Assembly (NCBI GenBank): GCA_038870415.1
Contig: JAWCPE010000001.1
Location: forward strand, 6,806-70,805
Source of the DNA: Candidatus Bathyarchaeia archaeon
GTDB lineage: Archaea > Thermoproteota > CALKCG01 > B24 > JAWCPE01
Direction: 5' to 3'
DNA length: 64,000 nt
The notes under the pieces were generated by a model. The model was given only the letters and a program-made list of their open reading frames with translations, did not search any database and was not told the origin of the DNA. The stretch's first letter is position 1. Each line of letters opens with the position of its first letter. Both the position numbers and the translations under genes were made by a program. Positions 17,532 to 27,351 of the stretch are shown piece after piece.

Positions 17532-18754
17532 GCTAGGTCCCTCGCCAAGATGTGGACGGTGCAGATACCACCGGTCCCACCGATGTTGTGGCAGAGAGCC
17601 GTATTCAGGTCGCCGTCAACGCTTACCTGGTTTCTGCCAGCTTCTCCCCGCAGCTGTTTGAAGCACTCGTAAGCCTGTCTGACGCCGGTCGCCCCGACAG
17701 GGTGGCCGTCAGCCTTCAAGCCGCCCCCCGGGTTGACGGTAAGCTCTCCCCTCGGTCCTTGGTACGGGATGTGCCTCGAGCCCTTGAAGGATTCGTAGCT
17801 CTCGTAGACGCCTCTCCAGGCCTCCCCCCTCTTGTAGAAGCCTGAATCCTCGAGGAAGAGGAGCTCCTCGATCGTGAAGCAGTCATGGACCTCAGCGAGC
17901 CTTATATCCTCCATCGTCAGGCCCGCATCTTCTATGGCTGCGCGGGCTGCGAGAGCCGTCGCCTTGATGCTGATGATGCTCTCGCGGTTTGAAAGCGAGA
18001 CGTCATCTGTGGCCTGCCGGCTCGCCACGATGTAAATAGGGGTATCCGTGTACTTTTTCGCCTGTTCTGGACTTGTGAGGACTAAAGCGACGGCGCCGTC
18101 TGAGATAGGTGAGCAGTGTAGGAGCCGGATCGGGTCAGCTATCAGAGGAGAGGACATCACCTGTTCCACGGTGATGTCTCGTCTGAACTGGGCGTAAGGA
18201 TTATTCACGGCATGGTGGTGGTTCTTGCAGGCCACCTGAGCCAGGGACTCTAAGCATCTACGGTCGCCCCGCCCGTAGTCGTAGATGTACCTAGCCATGA
18301 TCGCTGCGTAGAGGCCTGAGAAGGTGTAGCCCGCGTCGAACTCATGCGAGTCCGCCGCCAGCATCAGGTCGTCTATCACGTGCGCGGAGGCGTCCGTCAT
18401 CTTCTCAAAGCCGCCCACAAGGACGAGGTCGTATCGGCCCGACCTTATCCCGATACAGGCGTTGTAGAGCGCGGAGCCCCCGGAGGCGCAGGCCGCCTCG
18501 GTATTACTCATGGGGACGTTTATGCCGAGTTCACGAGACATGTAGCCGGGGAGAAGCCCCAGTTGATTTGTCGCTTGGTAGAGGAAGCTTCCGAAGTAGC
18601 AGGACTGGATGTCCTTCCGTCTCAGGCCTTTCTCCACGGATTCCATGGCTTCAATGCCGGCTTGCACCATGAGCTTCTCCGGATTCTCGTACCAGTGCTC
18701 GCCGAACTCGGTTCTCCCAACACCTACGATTGCGGCGAGAGGCTTGAAGCCCAC
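17528..18754 (-). CDS. Acetoacetyl-CoA thiolase (archaeal thiolase)
   Basis: 408 aa. MGFKPLAAIVGVGRTEFG..., a NTEAACASGGSAL active-site Cys region and a C-terminal NIGGTGGICTVHIL match the thiolase fold. Confidence 0.9.
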   Translation of the reverse strand: MGFKPLAAIVGVGRTEFGEHWYENPEKLMVQAGIEAMESVEKGLRRKDIQSCYFGSFLYQATNQLGLLPGYMSRELGINVPMSNTEAACASGGSALYNACIGIRSGRYDLVLVGGFEKMTDASAHVIDDLMLAADSHEFDAGYTFSGLYAAIMARYIYDYGRGDRRCLESLAQVACKNHHHAVNNPYAQFRRDITVEQVMSSPLIADPIRLLHCSPISDGAVALVLTSPEQAKKYTDTPIYIVASRQATDDVSLSNRESIISIKATALAARAAIEDAGLTMEDIRLAEVHDCFTIEELLFLEDSGFYKRGEAWRGVYESYESFKGSRHIPYQGPRGELTVNPGGGLKADGHPVGATGVRQAYECFKQLRGEAGRNQVSVDGDLNTALCHNIGGTGGICTVHILARDLA

Positions 18755-18899
18755 CCTGATACCTCTGGTTCTCAGCCGAGTCAGGCCGAGACCTTTTAAG
18801 ACTTGTCTTATCGTCGTAAAGGCTTAAGACAATTGTACCATAAGGACCTAGCAAACTGCTTAAGCGAGCGGAGTAGAGACCATAAGGGAGGAAGCAACG

Positions 18900-19574
18900 T
18901 TGAGGCTTGTAATACGGGTTGGAGGCTCCGTTGTCGCGTCCCCCCTCAACCCGGAACGCATCGCGCAGTACGCGGATGTGCTGAGGAGGCTGAGGCATGA
19001 AGGCCACGAGATCATCGCTGTGGTCGGGGGAGGAGCCTTCGCAAGGAACCTGATCCAGCTATCTGAGAGGATAGGGCTCAGCGCCCCAGACCAAGACTGG
19101 GTCGCTATTCAAGCCTCACGTGTCGTCGCTCAGATGCTCGCTGGGGCGCTGAGCGACGCTGCTCTTAAGGAGATCCCCCCCAGTGCCCGTCAGGCCGCTC
19201 GCATGCTTTCGGAGGGGAAGATAGTAGTTATGGGAGGGCTTGCGCCCGGCATGACCACCGATGCGGTAGCAGCCCTAATCGCGGGGAAGACCCGCGCAGA
19301 CCTCCTCGTCAAGGCTACAGACCAAGAGGGCGTCTACACAAAAGACCCTAGGAAGCACCCTGACGCCGTGAAGCTAGACCGGATCGCCTTTACAGAACTT
19401 CAGGCACATATGGAGCATAGGACGCATCAGGTTGGGATACACCAGGTCTTAGACCCGAAGGCAGCTGAGCTGCTCACAAAGGTAAGGGTGAAGACCGTGG
19501 TTCTGAACGGGTTAAACCCGCAGAACATTGAAGCGGCGGTCAGAGGAGAGAGGATAGGCACGCTCATCGAGTGA
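18900..19574 (+). CDS. pyrH: Uridylate (UMP) kinase, archaeal type
   Basis: 224 aa amino-acid-kinase fold. MRLVIRVGGSVV, VVGGGAFARNLI, IVVMGGLAPGMTTDAVAALIA, ADLLVKATDQEGVYTKDP and the C-terminal GERIGTLIE align to archaeal PyrH rather than to isopentenyl phosphate kinase. Confidence 0.85.
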   Translation: MRLVIRVGGSVVASPLNPERIAQYADVLRRLRHEGHEIIAVVGGGAFARNLIQLSERIGLSAPDQDWVAIQASRVVAQMLAGALSDAALKEIPPSARQAARMLSEGKIVVMGGLAPGMTTDAVAALIAGKTRADLLVKATDQEGVYTKDPRKHPDAVKLDRIAFTELQAHMEHRTHQVGIHQVLDPKAAELLTKVRVKTVVLNGLNPQNIEAAVRGERIGTLIE

Positions 19575-20047
19575 CGGCGCCGCGAGGACGGCCGCCTCCG
19601 GCAAGGCGTTTCTTGCCTGCAAACCAATCAAGCCGAAGGCGCTTGACGCCCAGCGTCTAGGCTCTTCAGGTCTTCACCTAGCCCGCTAGGCGCGTCCGAC
19701 CCGATACGGGCCGCGTATTCCATCGTCGAGATGCGGGTGCGAGGCAACCTCTCTATGTCGAAGGCGTGTCTTCGGTGATGTAAGGTGGTTTTCATCGTCA
19801 AGAGCCCTGCTTAGAGCTCCTAATTCAGCTGGAACGCTGCGCGAACATAGTCTGGTCGAGGGCAGTCTTCTGTCTTGGTGACCTCTCTCGGAGATGTCTG
19901 ACTCAGTAGACTCCCGCTTAGCGGCGACTACGGTCTGCTGAAAGGGCGGCAGGTGCGGCTGTCACGTCTCATTCTTCTCCGCCTTTAGCCTGGCAGTCAC
20001 GGAAGGCTTATTATCAGCCGGCTGGGATAGCCGGTCTCGACAGCGGC

Positions 20048-21100
20048 ATGGTGACCTTCAAAGCTGAGGAACTCAGGTCGTTGACACGTGCAGTTTTCGA
20101 GGCGGCGGGAGCAAGCCGTGACGAGGCTGGCAAGGTCGCAGAGCTTCTCGTCCGGTCTAACCTGGCGGGTCACGACTCTCACGGCGTCATCCGGATACCC
20201 TGGTATGTTACGCTCATCAAGGAGGGGAAGCTGAAGCCCGGAGCGAAGGTTGAGGTTATCCGCGAGACCAGCTCAACCGCCCTGGTTGACGGGAATTGGG
20301 GGTTCGGACAGGTCGTAGCTTGGCGAAGCATGGAGATCGCGGTCGAGAAGGCCCGGATAAGCGGCGTAGGGACTGTAGGCGTCTATAACTGTAACCATGT
20401 CGGCAGGCTTGTCGACTACACGGCTTTCGCCGCGTCTCAGGACATGGTAGGCATCATGATGTGTAACGACGGCGCTATCGTCGCGCCGTTCGGCGGCATA
20501 GACCGCCTCTTCAACCCCGGGCCGATAAGTGTCGCCTTCCCCGCGGGCAGCCAGCCACCGATCCTCTTGGACATCTCGACCGCCGTCGCGGCTGAGGGTA
20601 AGATACGAGTCAAGGCGCGGCGTGGAGAGAAGATCCCGTTCGGATGGATCATCGACAAGGAGGGGAGGCCGACCGACAACCCTGCAGACCTCTACGCGGG
20701 CGGCGCGATCCTTCCTCTCGGAGGAGACGTAGGGTACAAGGGTTTCGGCCTAGGGCTGTTCGTTGACATCATGAGCGGGGCGCTCACAGGCTCAGGCTGC
20801 GCGTCAAGCCCGGAGTACAAGGGCGGGAACGGAGTCTTCATGATGGCGGTGAACATCGCCAACTTCACGAGCGTAAAGGACTACAAGAGGCGAGTTGACG
20901 AGCTCATACTGAGGGTAAAGGCGTCGAGAAAAGCACCTGGCGTTAAGGAGATTCTGCTCCCAGGAGAACCTGAGCTACGTGAAGAGCAAAGACGGCTACG
21001 TGAAGGAATCTACATAGAGGAGGAGACCTGGAAAGAGATCGCTTCCACCGCCAAGGGTCTAGGCTTAGACCTACCCCTATCAGCGACCCGGGATGACTGA
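20048..21100 (+). CDS. Ldh2-family malate/L-lactate/L-sulfolactate dehydrogenase
   Basis: 350 aa. NLAGHDSHGVIRIPWYV and GWIIDKEGRPTDNPADLYAGGAILPLGG are Ldh_2 family signatures. Confidence 0.8.
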   Translation: MVTFKAEELRSLTRAVFEAAGASRDEAGKVAELLVRSNLAGHDSHGVIRIPWYVTLIKEGKLKPGAKVEVIRETSSTALVDGNWGFGQVVAWRSMEIAVEKARISGVGTVGVYNCNHVGRLVDYTAFAASQDMVGIMMCNDGAIVAPFGGIDRLFNPGPISVAFPAGSQPPILLDISTAVAAEGKIRVKARRGEKIPFGWIIDKEGRPTDNPADLYAGGAILPLGGDVGYKGFGLGLFVDIMSGALTGSGCASSPEYKGGNGVFMMAVNIANFTSVKDYKRRVDELILRVKASRKAPGVKEILLPGEPELREEQRRLREGIYIEEETWKEIASTAKGLGLDLPLSATRDD

Positions 21101-21119
21101 AGGCTATCAGGGGCAGCCC

Positions 21120-22007
21120 TTACCTCTTAGGTAGAAGCTTAGCGATCTCCTCTCTTGCCTCGGCTGTCAGCGGTTGGAGAGGCTTCCTCGGGTAGCCACC
21201 CGGCAGCCCTAGAAGGTTAAGCGCCTCCTTCACGGCTACAACCCCGTACTTCGCGGTCAGAAGCCTGTTAGCTTCCAGGATGGAAAGCTGTAGGTCTCTA
21301 GCCGTGGCTATATCTCCTTTCTCCCAGCTGTCGTAGATCTGGACGCACTCGTGTGGGAAAGCGTTCGCGACAGCGACGACCGCCCCCTTCCCACCGAGCA
21401 TCAGCGTAGGGAAGATGACGTTTCCCGTCCCAGCCATCACGGAGAAGTCCTCTCTCCAACGCGTTAGGCGGATGGTCTCCGCTATCTGGTTGATCTCGCC
21501 GCTGCTATCCTTAACGCCTATCACTTGTTCATCCTTAGCCAGCTCAGCGACGATGCTCGGCTCGAGGTTGAAACCCGTGAACTTCGGCACGTTATACAGC
21601 ATCACCGGCAGATCGACGGCTCTCACGACCTCGGTGTAGTGGTCTAACAGCTCGTTGCGGCCTGGCTTGAAATAGTACGGCGTTACGACGAGGAGCGCAT
21701 CCACCCCTACTTCCTGAGCGTCCTTGGAGAAGTCCACGGTCTCAGCCGTGGAGATGCTTCCTGTGCCCGCGATCACCTTGACGCGTCCCTTGACGGCCTC
21801 GACCACCTGCTGGATAACAGCCTTTCTTTCCATTCTGGTCAGGTAGGGGGCTTCACCGTTACTTCCGCAGGGCACGAGGCCGTGTACTCCTGCCTCAATC
21901 CAGAAACGTATAAGCGTCCTCAGTCCCTGCTCGTCAATCTCGCCTTTAGACGTGAAGGGTGTCACGTGAGGGACGTATATCCCCCGGGGGATGAAACCTG
22001 AGGCCAT
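21120..22007 (-). CDS. DapA-family aldolase (dihydrodipicolinate synthase / KDG aldolase family)
   Basis: 295 aa. GIYVPHVTPFTSKGEIDEQGLRTLIRFWIEAGVHGLVPCGSNGEAPYLT is the DapA/NAL N-terminal signature. The Schiff-base Lys context is VIGVKDSSG. Confidence 0.8.
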   Translation of the reverse strand: MASGFIPRGIYVPHVTPFTSKGEIDEQGLRTLIRFWIEAGVHGLVPCGSNGEAPYLTRMERKAVIQQVVEAVKGRVKVIAGTGSISTAETVDFSKDAQEVGVDALLVVTPYYFKPGRNELLDHYTEVVRAVDLPVMLYNVPKFTGFNLEPSIVAELAKDEQVIGVKDSSGEINQIAETIRLTRWREDFSVMAGTGNVIFPTLMLGGKGAVVAVANAFPHECVQIYDSWEKGDIATARDLQLSILEANRLLTAKYGVVAVKEALNLLGLPGGYPRKPLQPLTAEAREEIAKLLPKR

Positions 22008-22034
22008 GGGCTAGCTGCCTCTTCCCTCAGTCTC

Positions 22035-22574
22035 CTAGCGGATCGCGGATCTAAGCTCTCTAATCCGGTTCTCGACGAGTTCGACCAGCTTCTTTCTGGC
22101 CTCTTCAGCTTGAAGTTGTAGGGGCTTCATCCTGCCTACGCTCTCTGCAAGGGCTTTGTCCCCTATGAAACTGAGCCATTGTTCGAAGTCGCCTCGTTCA
22201 AGGTGGAAACTCACCGAGTCCAAGTCGACCTTCTGCAAGGCGTCGCGGAACTGAGCCAGACTGTTAGCCATAACCCCTGCAGGGCGCCCCACTGCCGAGT
22301 AGAAGCGGAAGCCCAGCTCAGAAGGCACCTCAGCCAGAAGCTTCGCGGCTTCCTCGGAGGCTCGCTCGATCCGAGCGGCGACCTCTCTGCCAGCTGCGGT
22401 CAGAACGAAGAGGCCTCGGGATTCCCTTGCGACATACCCCTGCCTCAGCAGGGCCAGTAGATAAGGTGTTACAGTTCTAGACGCCAAACCTAGCTTCTCA
22501 GCGACTTCTTTAGGCCTGACAGCTCTTCCAGCCCTAGTTAGGAAGACGAGAACCCTCTCTTTCTGCTCTGACAT
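22035..22574 (-). CDS. wHTH transcriptional regulator with C-terminal domain of unknown function, upstream of dapA-like gene
   Basis: 179 aa. The N-terminal EVAEKLGLASRTVTPYLLALLRQGYVARESRG is a winged helix. There are 27 nt between its stop and the dapA-like start on the same strand. Confidence 0.5.
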   Translation of the reverse strand: MSEQKERVLVFLTRAGRAVRPKEVAEKLGLASRTVTPYLLALLRQGYVARESRGLFVLTAAGREVAARIERASEEAAKLLAEVPSELGFRFYSAVGRPAGVMANSLAQFRDALQKVDLDSVSFHLERGDFEQWLSFIGDKALAESVGRMKPLQLQAEEARKKLVELVENRIRELRSAIR

Positions 22575-22710
22575 GCTCTTCCAGCGTTGTAAGGCCTAGC
22601 TTAAAGAAAGCCTTTACGCCTTCGCCAACTCTGCGCAGCCATCTCGCCCGACCCCGTTGGCTGAGACCCCGGGGGTGTCAAGGCTTTTCTAGCGCTCTTG
22701 AACCTCAGGG

Positions 22711-23067
22711 GTGAGAGGGGCAGGTTTGCCCAGATTGAGGGAGGATGAGGCTGACAGCGGCACGTCTACAAGCGAGGACCAGGTCTTGGTGAGGTTATGT
22801 TCCGATAAGGTCGCCTACGAGGCGAGGCCAGCGAAGCCGCAGAGATATGACCTCGGAAAGGTTCAAGCCATTCTAGCCAAAGGGGCTCCTTACGCGACGG
22901 TCGTCTTCACCCCCTACCTCATCGTGTTGAGGAGGGGTAACGTCGAGATCACGATGGCTCAAGACGGCCGACTTATCATCAGGAGAGCGGAGAGCCAGGC
23001 CGCCGCGCGAGCGGTCGCAGAGGAGCTCCTCAGCCTACTACCGAGCGCTTTGGTCAGCCAGCCGTGA
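22711..23067 (+). CDS. Hypothetical small protein
   Basis: 118 aa. YATVVFTPYLIVLRRGNVEITMAQDGRLIIRRAES has no confidently recognisable family. Divergent from the ThiI-like gene. Confidence 0.3.
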   Translation: MRGAGLPRLREDEADSGTSTSEDQVLVRLCSDKVAYEARPAKPQRYDLGKVQAILAKGAPYATVVFTPYLIVLRRGNVEITMAQDGRLIIRRAESQAAARAVAEELLSLLPSALVSQP

Positions 23068-23111
23068 GAGGCACGCTTGACAGGTTCAGGTAGCGCGTGG
23101 GTAAGCCTCGT

Positions 23112-23804
23112 CTAGGACGCGTTAAGCTCGATGATCTCGCTTTCAAGAAGGTCCTTTGCCACCATCTCCTCGATGCGGAGAGACCTCTCCGCCTCTTCGA
23201 CCCGTTGCCTACTGGGATGAGTGGCTGGGTACCTCGGTGGACCGCTGCAGCAGAGCCCTGGGCTTGTAGAGATCGCGTAAGTCCCTATCTTCCTCGCGAG
23301 GTGTTCCACCTCGACCTTGTCCATAGCGATGAGAGGCCTCAACACTGGGAGAGACCTCACGGCGTCACTTATCACTTGGAGGCTTCCGGAGGTTTGGCTT
23401 GCATGCTCGCCTAGTATCTCGCCTGTCGCAATTGAGCTGGCGTCCTCTTTAGCCGCGATGGCTTCGGCGACGCGGTACATCATCCGTCTGCAGAGGATGC
23501 AGGTCAGCTTCCTCGAGCATCTTCGAAGTATCTCAGCCAGGTCGTTTCCATGCGGCGTGACGTACAGCCGCGCCTTACCGCCAGGGAGATGCCTGCAGAG
23601 TATCCTTGCGACGTTCAAAGCTCTGGCCCTCGTCGTCTCGTCTGTGAACGGGTAGTTGTCGAAGTAGACGAAGACGGGTATGTATCCGCGCCTTATGAGC
23701 AGCCACGCTGCAACGGGCGAATCGATCCCGCCTGAGAGTAAACAGACAGTCTTGGCGGCTTGGACCGGCTGCGCATACTTAGGTATCGCTTGTGGACTTT
23801 CCAA
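23112..23804 (-). CDS. ThiI-like PP-loop ATPase (tRNA sulfurtransferase family, lacking THUMP domain)
   Basis: 230 aa. The PP-loop VCLLSGGIDSPVAAWLL is present. CILCRR (CxxC) and CCSGPP cysteine motifs resemble methanogen-type ThiI sulfur-transfer cysteines. Confidence 0.7.
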   Translation of the reverse strand: MESPQAIPKYAQPVQAAKTVCLLSGGIDSPVAAWLLIRRGYIPVFVYFDNYPFTDETTRARALNVARILCRHLPGGKARLYVTPHGNDLAEILRRCSRKLTCILCRRMMYRVAEAIAAKEDASSIATGEILGEHASQTSGSLQVISDAVRSLPVLRPLIAMDKVEVEHLARKIGTYAISTSPGLCCSGPPRYPATHPSRQRVEEAERSLRIEEMVAKDLLESEIIELNAS

Positions 23805-23959
23805 TCTAGTCAGCTAGAACGCCGTGTTGCTCTCATATATAGGCGACTGGCTGCTCGAAGCATCATCCTTGCTGAGCACGACGCGACGCCACCGAAGGTG
23901 AGAAGAGTGTCTTGAGCCCCGAGTTGATTCGGGAACGCCTTAGAACTCGGCTCGGTAAG

Positions 23960-24361
23960 CTACCCCGGGGGTCTCTTTTGGACGTAGAGGTACTCTCCCT
24001 TCTTGCCCTCCCTCGATAGGATTCCGTCTCTGACGAGTTCTGCGAGGGTGTGGGCTACGGCGCTTCTGTCGTAGTGGTAGCCACGGCGGGACATCTCATC
24101 ATGTGACTCTGAGAGGCTTCTTCCCTCTTCGAAGAAACGCTCCTGCCAGAGCGTCAGGAGGACGCTTCTACACGTGTTAAGACGGGTGAGAGGTTCCACC
24201 GCCGGTGTTGCTGTAGGCTGACCCCCAACCTGGGAGGTCTTCTCCTGTACCGCGTCGATAAAGTCCTCTACTGCCTTCTTGAGCTGAGCTTCCTCACATT
24301 GGATCTCGGCCTCGACGTTTCCGATCTTGAGCTTGATCCGTATCGTCCCAGCGGTGGACAC
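23960..24361 (-). CDS. Hypothetical protein with C-terminal winged helix
   Basis: 133 aa. The C-terminus SAVAHTLAELVRDGILSREGKKGEYLYVQKR is wHTH-like. Divergent from nurA. Confidence 0.4.
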   Translation of the reverse strand: MSTAGTIRIKLKIGNVEAEIQCEEAQLKKAVEDFIDAVQEKTSQVGGQPTATPAVEPLTRLNTCRSVLLTLWQERFFEEGRSLSESHDEMSRRGYHYDRSAVAHTLAELVRDGILSREGKKGEYLYVQKRPPG

Positions 24362-24475
24362 GTGCGGTCACTGTTGATTGTTCATGTTGAGTGCACAACA
24401 ACACTTAAATACCGAGCACCACCCCCTAGTTGTTGTTTGCACAATTTAAGCGTTGAGCAACAAGGAGGGTCCCCT

Positions 24476-25663
24476 CTGGCCCGCGTACTACCGCTCTTCC
24501 CGTCAACACCTTTCCCAGCCACAGAGCCTCAGCTCATAGGCCAGACTCCCGGGCTATTAAGCGACAGCCCGGCGCCAAGCCCATACTCGAAGCTTTACAA
24601 TGACCTGATCGACTCTGGCACGAAAGCCCTGCTGAACGGCTTGGCAAGCTACGCGCGGGAGAGGCGTGAGGCCGTCTCGAAGCTACGCGGCCGGATCACG
24701 GTGAGGAGGGCGGCGCTCACCAGTGATGGTCCCGCCAAGGGCAAGGTCGTGGGCGTCGATGCCGGTCGGAACGGTACCTCGTACAAGTTCGCCTATGTGC
24801 CCATCTACGGCGCAGTGGCGGTGCTCGTGGAGAACTACGTCGTCCGCGAAGAGCCCCTCTGCATCTCCGGCGCACCTGACATCTGGCCTGTCGAAGCGGA
24901 CCCTGAGAGGCGTGAGAGCCTCCTCCACATGGCGCTCGAATACCGGATAGCGAGACAGGCTGTCGAGCTTTGGAGACCAGACTTCGTACTCCTCGACGGC
25001 GGCATCATACTTAACCCAAGGCTTCAGCCGAGGCTGCAAGACTCCGGAGGCTACGAAGGCGACTTCTTCTCCGCCTGCACGAACGCCCTCGACCTATTGG
25101 CCGCCTGCAAGGACCGAGGCGTGACTTTGGCCGGCTTCATCAAGAGGACAAAGATGAACCATTACGGTAGAATGCTGGAAGTGCCTAATCTCCGAGATGC
25201 TGTTCTTCTGAACCCCCTCTTGGAGAGGGGCGCGTATACTGACCCGTTCCAGATGTCGAACAAGGTAACGGCCGCCTACAGACGGCTAGCTGAGGACCTA
25301 GGCTACAGCCCAGAGATGGTCGAGGTTCAGTCATGCTACCTGAAGACCGCATTAGCTCCTTTCAGGGTGGAGGTGCCCCGCTTCTGCCTACCGAAAGTCG
25401 AGGAGCTTATGTCTGTGCTCTGCGCGGCAGCTGACTCAGAGGGGATCCCCTACGCGATTCATGAGGCGGATCGGCTGGCGAGGATAACGAGGCCCACCTC
25501 GAATATCCATAGCCTCGTCCTCTTCTCAAGGGCGCTCGACCTCGTTAGAACCGGGGAGATCACCTCTGAGGACCTAGACATCCTCAGTCTAGAGCATGGA
25601 CAGGAGTGGGCGCTTGAGCAGGAAGCCCTCGGAGAACGCCTGATGGAGGCTGACACTCCCTGA
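24476..25663 (+). CDS. nurA: NurA 5'-3' nuclease (start uncertain)
   Basis: The NurA domain has GKVVGVDAGRNGTSYKFAYVPIYGAVAVL (catalytic D), FVLLDGGII and TLAGFIKR. The ORF-track ATG at 24299 would overlap the divergent upstream gene. An in-frame CTG at 24476 lies 8 nt after a GGAGG. No ATG/GTG/TTG lies between the upstream intergenic region and the conserved domain. Confidence 0.75.
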   Translation: MARVLPLFPSTPFPATEPQLIGQTPGLLSDSPAPSPYSKLYNDLIDSGTKALLNGLASYARERREAVSKLRGRITVRRAALTSDGPAKGKVVGVDAGRNGTSYKFAYVPIYGAVAVLVENYVVREEPLCISGAPDIWPVEADPERRESLLHMALEYRIARQAVELWRPDFVLLDGGIILNPRLQPRLQDSGGYEGDFFSACTNALDLLAACKDRGVTLAGFIKRTKMNHYGRMLEVPNLRDAVLLNPLLERGAYTDPFQMSNKVTAAYRRLAEDLGYSPEMVEVQSCYLKTALAPFRVEVPRFCLPKVEELMSVLCAAADSEGIPYAIHEADRLARITRPTSNIHSLVLFSRALDLVRTGEITSEDLDILSLEHGQEWALEQEALGERLMEADTP

Positions 25664-25677
25664 ACGAGATAGGCTAC

Positions 25678-27234
25678 GTGATGTCAGGTTGCAGCCAGTC
25701 AATAGCGCCCTTCGTGGTGAAGGAGGGCCGAAAAGCCTTCATCAACCAGTACTACTTTCTCCCTCACCCTATCAGGTCCACAAGAGACGGGAAGGGAGGC
25801 TACACAGCGGTCGTACCTGTCTTAGCCAGGGTCTTCCGCGTAACGCCGTACAACCCTGAGATGAACGTGGGGGGCTTCGGCCCCATCGCTGGCAAGAGAG
25901 GCGAGAGGGCCCAGTACGGGAAAACGCTAGAGTACGAGATCGCATGGGCCGAGATCCTCGGATACGTAGCTGAGACAGGGAAATGGTATCGGCTTGAGTG
26001 CAGCCCTGGTACGTGGGACCCGGTCTTCGAACCGTCGGAGATGGAGATACGTAACTTCTTCTCACTCCTCTCAGGCAGCGGGGCGTCAGCCGACTCGCCG
26101 CCCTACTTGCTGAAGGTGGGACATCACCGAGGCCTCAAGATACCGGTCTACTTAGACCTAAACGCGTTAGCCAGGGGGCATATGTTCGTCTCAGGCATGA
26201 CCAGGTCCGGCAAGAGCAGCTTCGTCCTGAACCTTATCGCCCGAGCGTTAGAGCTGACGCCTAAGCCTCACTTCGTGGTGCTCGACCGGAGGTCTGAATA
26301 CTCCGTCCTCGTTAAATACGGCGCTACGGTCATCCCGTACAAGTCGTTCCTGCCGAGAACAGGTCGGTTCAGTGGCGAAGCGCTCTCGTCTAGGCTTGGT
26401 TTCAACCCGAGCACGGGCCCTGGGAAGCTCGTAGCCGAGGCGGTCGATGTCCTCGCAAGCGAAGGCGAAGAGATCACCGGGGCTTCGCTCGTAGCGAAGG
26501 CGCGCGAGATCGCGCCGCTCGTCCTTGCACGTGACCGTGAGGGCGTCCTCGCCCGAGTCCAGTGGGCTGTCAGAACGAGGGGCGGCTTCCTCGACGAGGC
26601 GAAGGAACGAGTAGACCTAGTCGAAGCTGTCCGCGCGAATGAGGTGCTCATCATCGACTTCTCCGTGGACACCGATATAGACGAGCAGCATGCGACGACG
26701 AGGAACATCGTATCCACCCTCGTGGACGAGGCGATGCGGAGACGAGCTGACGGCGACTTCGCCGTCATCGTCGTGATCGAGGAGGCGCAGTATCTCGCGC
26801 CGGAGAAGGGCCTCAAGATCGAGGTCGGCAACCCCGAGAGGATCGGGGTCGACCGGGAACTCGTCGAGGCGATAAGCCAGGCAGGAGGCTACAATATGGG
26901 CTTCATCATCCTCACTCAGCGGCCTGCCTACGTGAGCAAGTCCATCATCTCGCAATGCAACTCTATCGTGTGCTTCAGATTGATGTCGGGCAACGACCAA
27001 GAGGCGATCATCAGGTACTCAGAGTACGGCAACGAGAGGCTGAGCGACTACCTGCCAGGTCTAGCCGACCACGAAGCGATGCTCTGGGGAATGGCTTCAC
27101 CGGTCCCCTTCCCGATAATCGCCGAGATGGAGACCCGAGAGTTCCCGAGGAAGGCAGGAGTCACAGCCAGACATGCTTGGCAAACCATGGTCGAAGCCAA
27201 GCGAAGAACTCTGGCAGTTCAGACGGCCCGTTGA
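25678..27234 (+). CDS. herA: HerA-family hexameric ATPase/helicase
   Basis: 518 aa. Walker A FVSGMTRSGKSSFVLNLIARA, Walker B VIVVIEEAQYLAP and sensor IILTQRPAYVSKSII match the HerA/DUF87 layout. An N-terminal barrel region is present. The gene lies 15 nt downstream of nurA. Confidence 0.85.
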   Translation: MMSGCSQSIAPFVVKEGRKAFINQYYFLPHPIRSTRDGKGGYTAVVPVLARVFRVTPYNPEMNVGGFGPIAGKRGERAQYGKTLEYEIAWAEILGYVAETGKWYRLECSPGTWDPVFEPSEMEIRNFFSLLSGSGASADSPPYLLKVGHHRGLKIPVYLDLNALARGHMFVSGMTRSGKSSFVLNLIARALELTPKPHFVVLDRRSEYSVLVKYGATVIPYKSFLPRTGRFSGEALSSRLGFNPSTGPGKLVAEAVDVLASEGEEITGASLVAKAREIAPLVLARDREGVLARVQWAVRTRGGFLDEAKERVDLVEAVRANEVLIIDFSVDTDIDEQHATTRNIVSTLVDEAMRRRADGDFAVIVVIEEAQYLAPEKGLKIEVGNPERIGVDRELVEAISQAGGYNMGFIILTQRPAYVSKSIISQCNSIVCFRLMSGNDQEAIIRYSEYGNERLSDYLPGLADHEAMLWGMASPVPFPIIAEMETREFPRKAGVTARHAWQTMVEAKRRTLAVQTAR

Positions 27235-27351
27235 CGAAGCCATCAACAAGAGGCTGTAGGACTGGGAATCGTGAGCCTTCCCCCGCCCCGACACTTTGGT
27301 GTCTCCCTGAAGAGGAACGTGGGTGGCGATACGTTGCCTCGTTGCACCCTT

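Noticed and set aside
18900-19574. Isopentenyl phosphate kinase (tempting because it is divergent from the thiolase/HMGCS operon)
   Set aside because: The sequence aligns along its full length with archaeal UMP kinases (VVGGG..AR, GG..PG.TTDAVAAL, terminal G..IEP) and is ~225 aa rather than ~260 aa.
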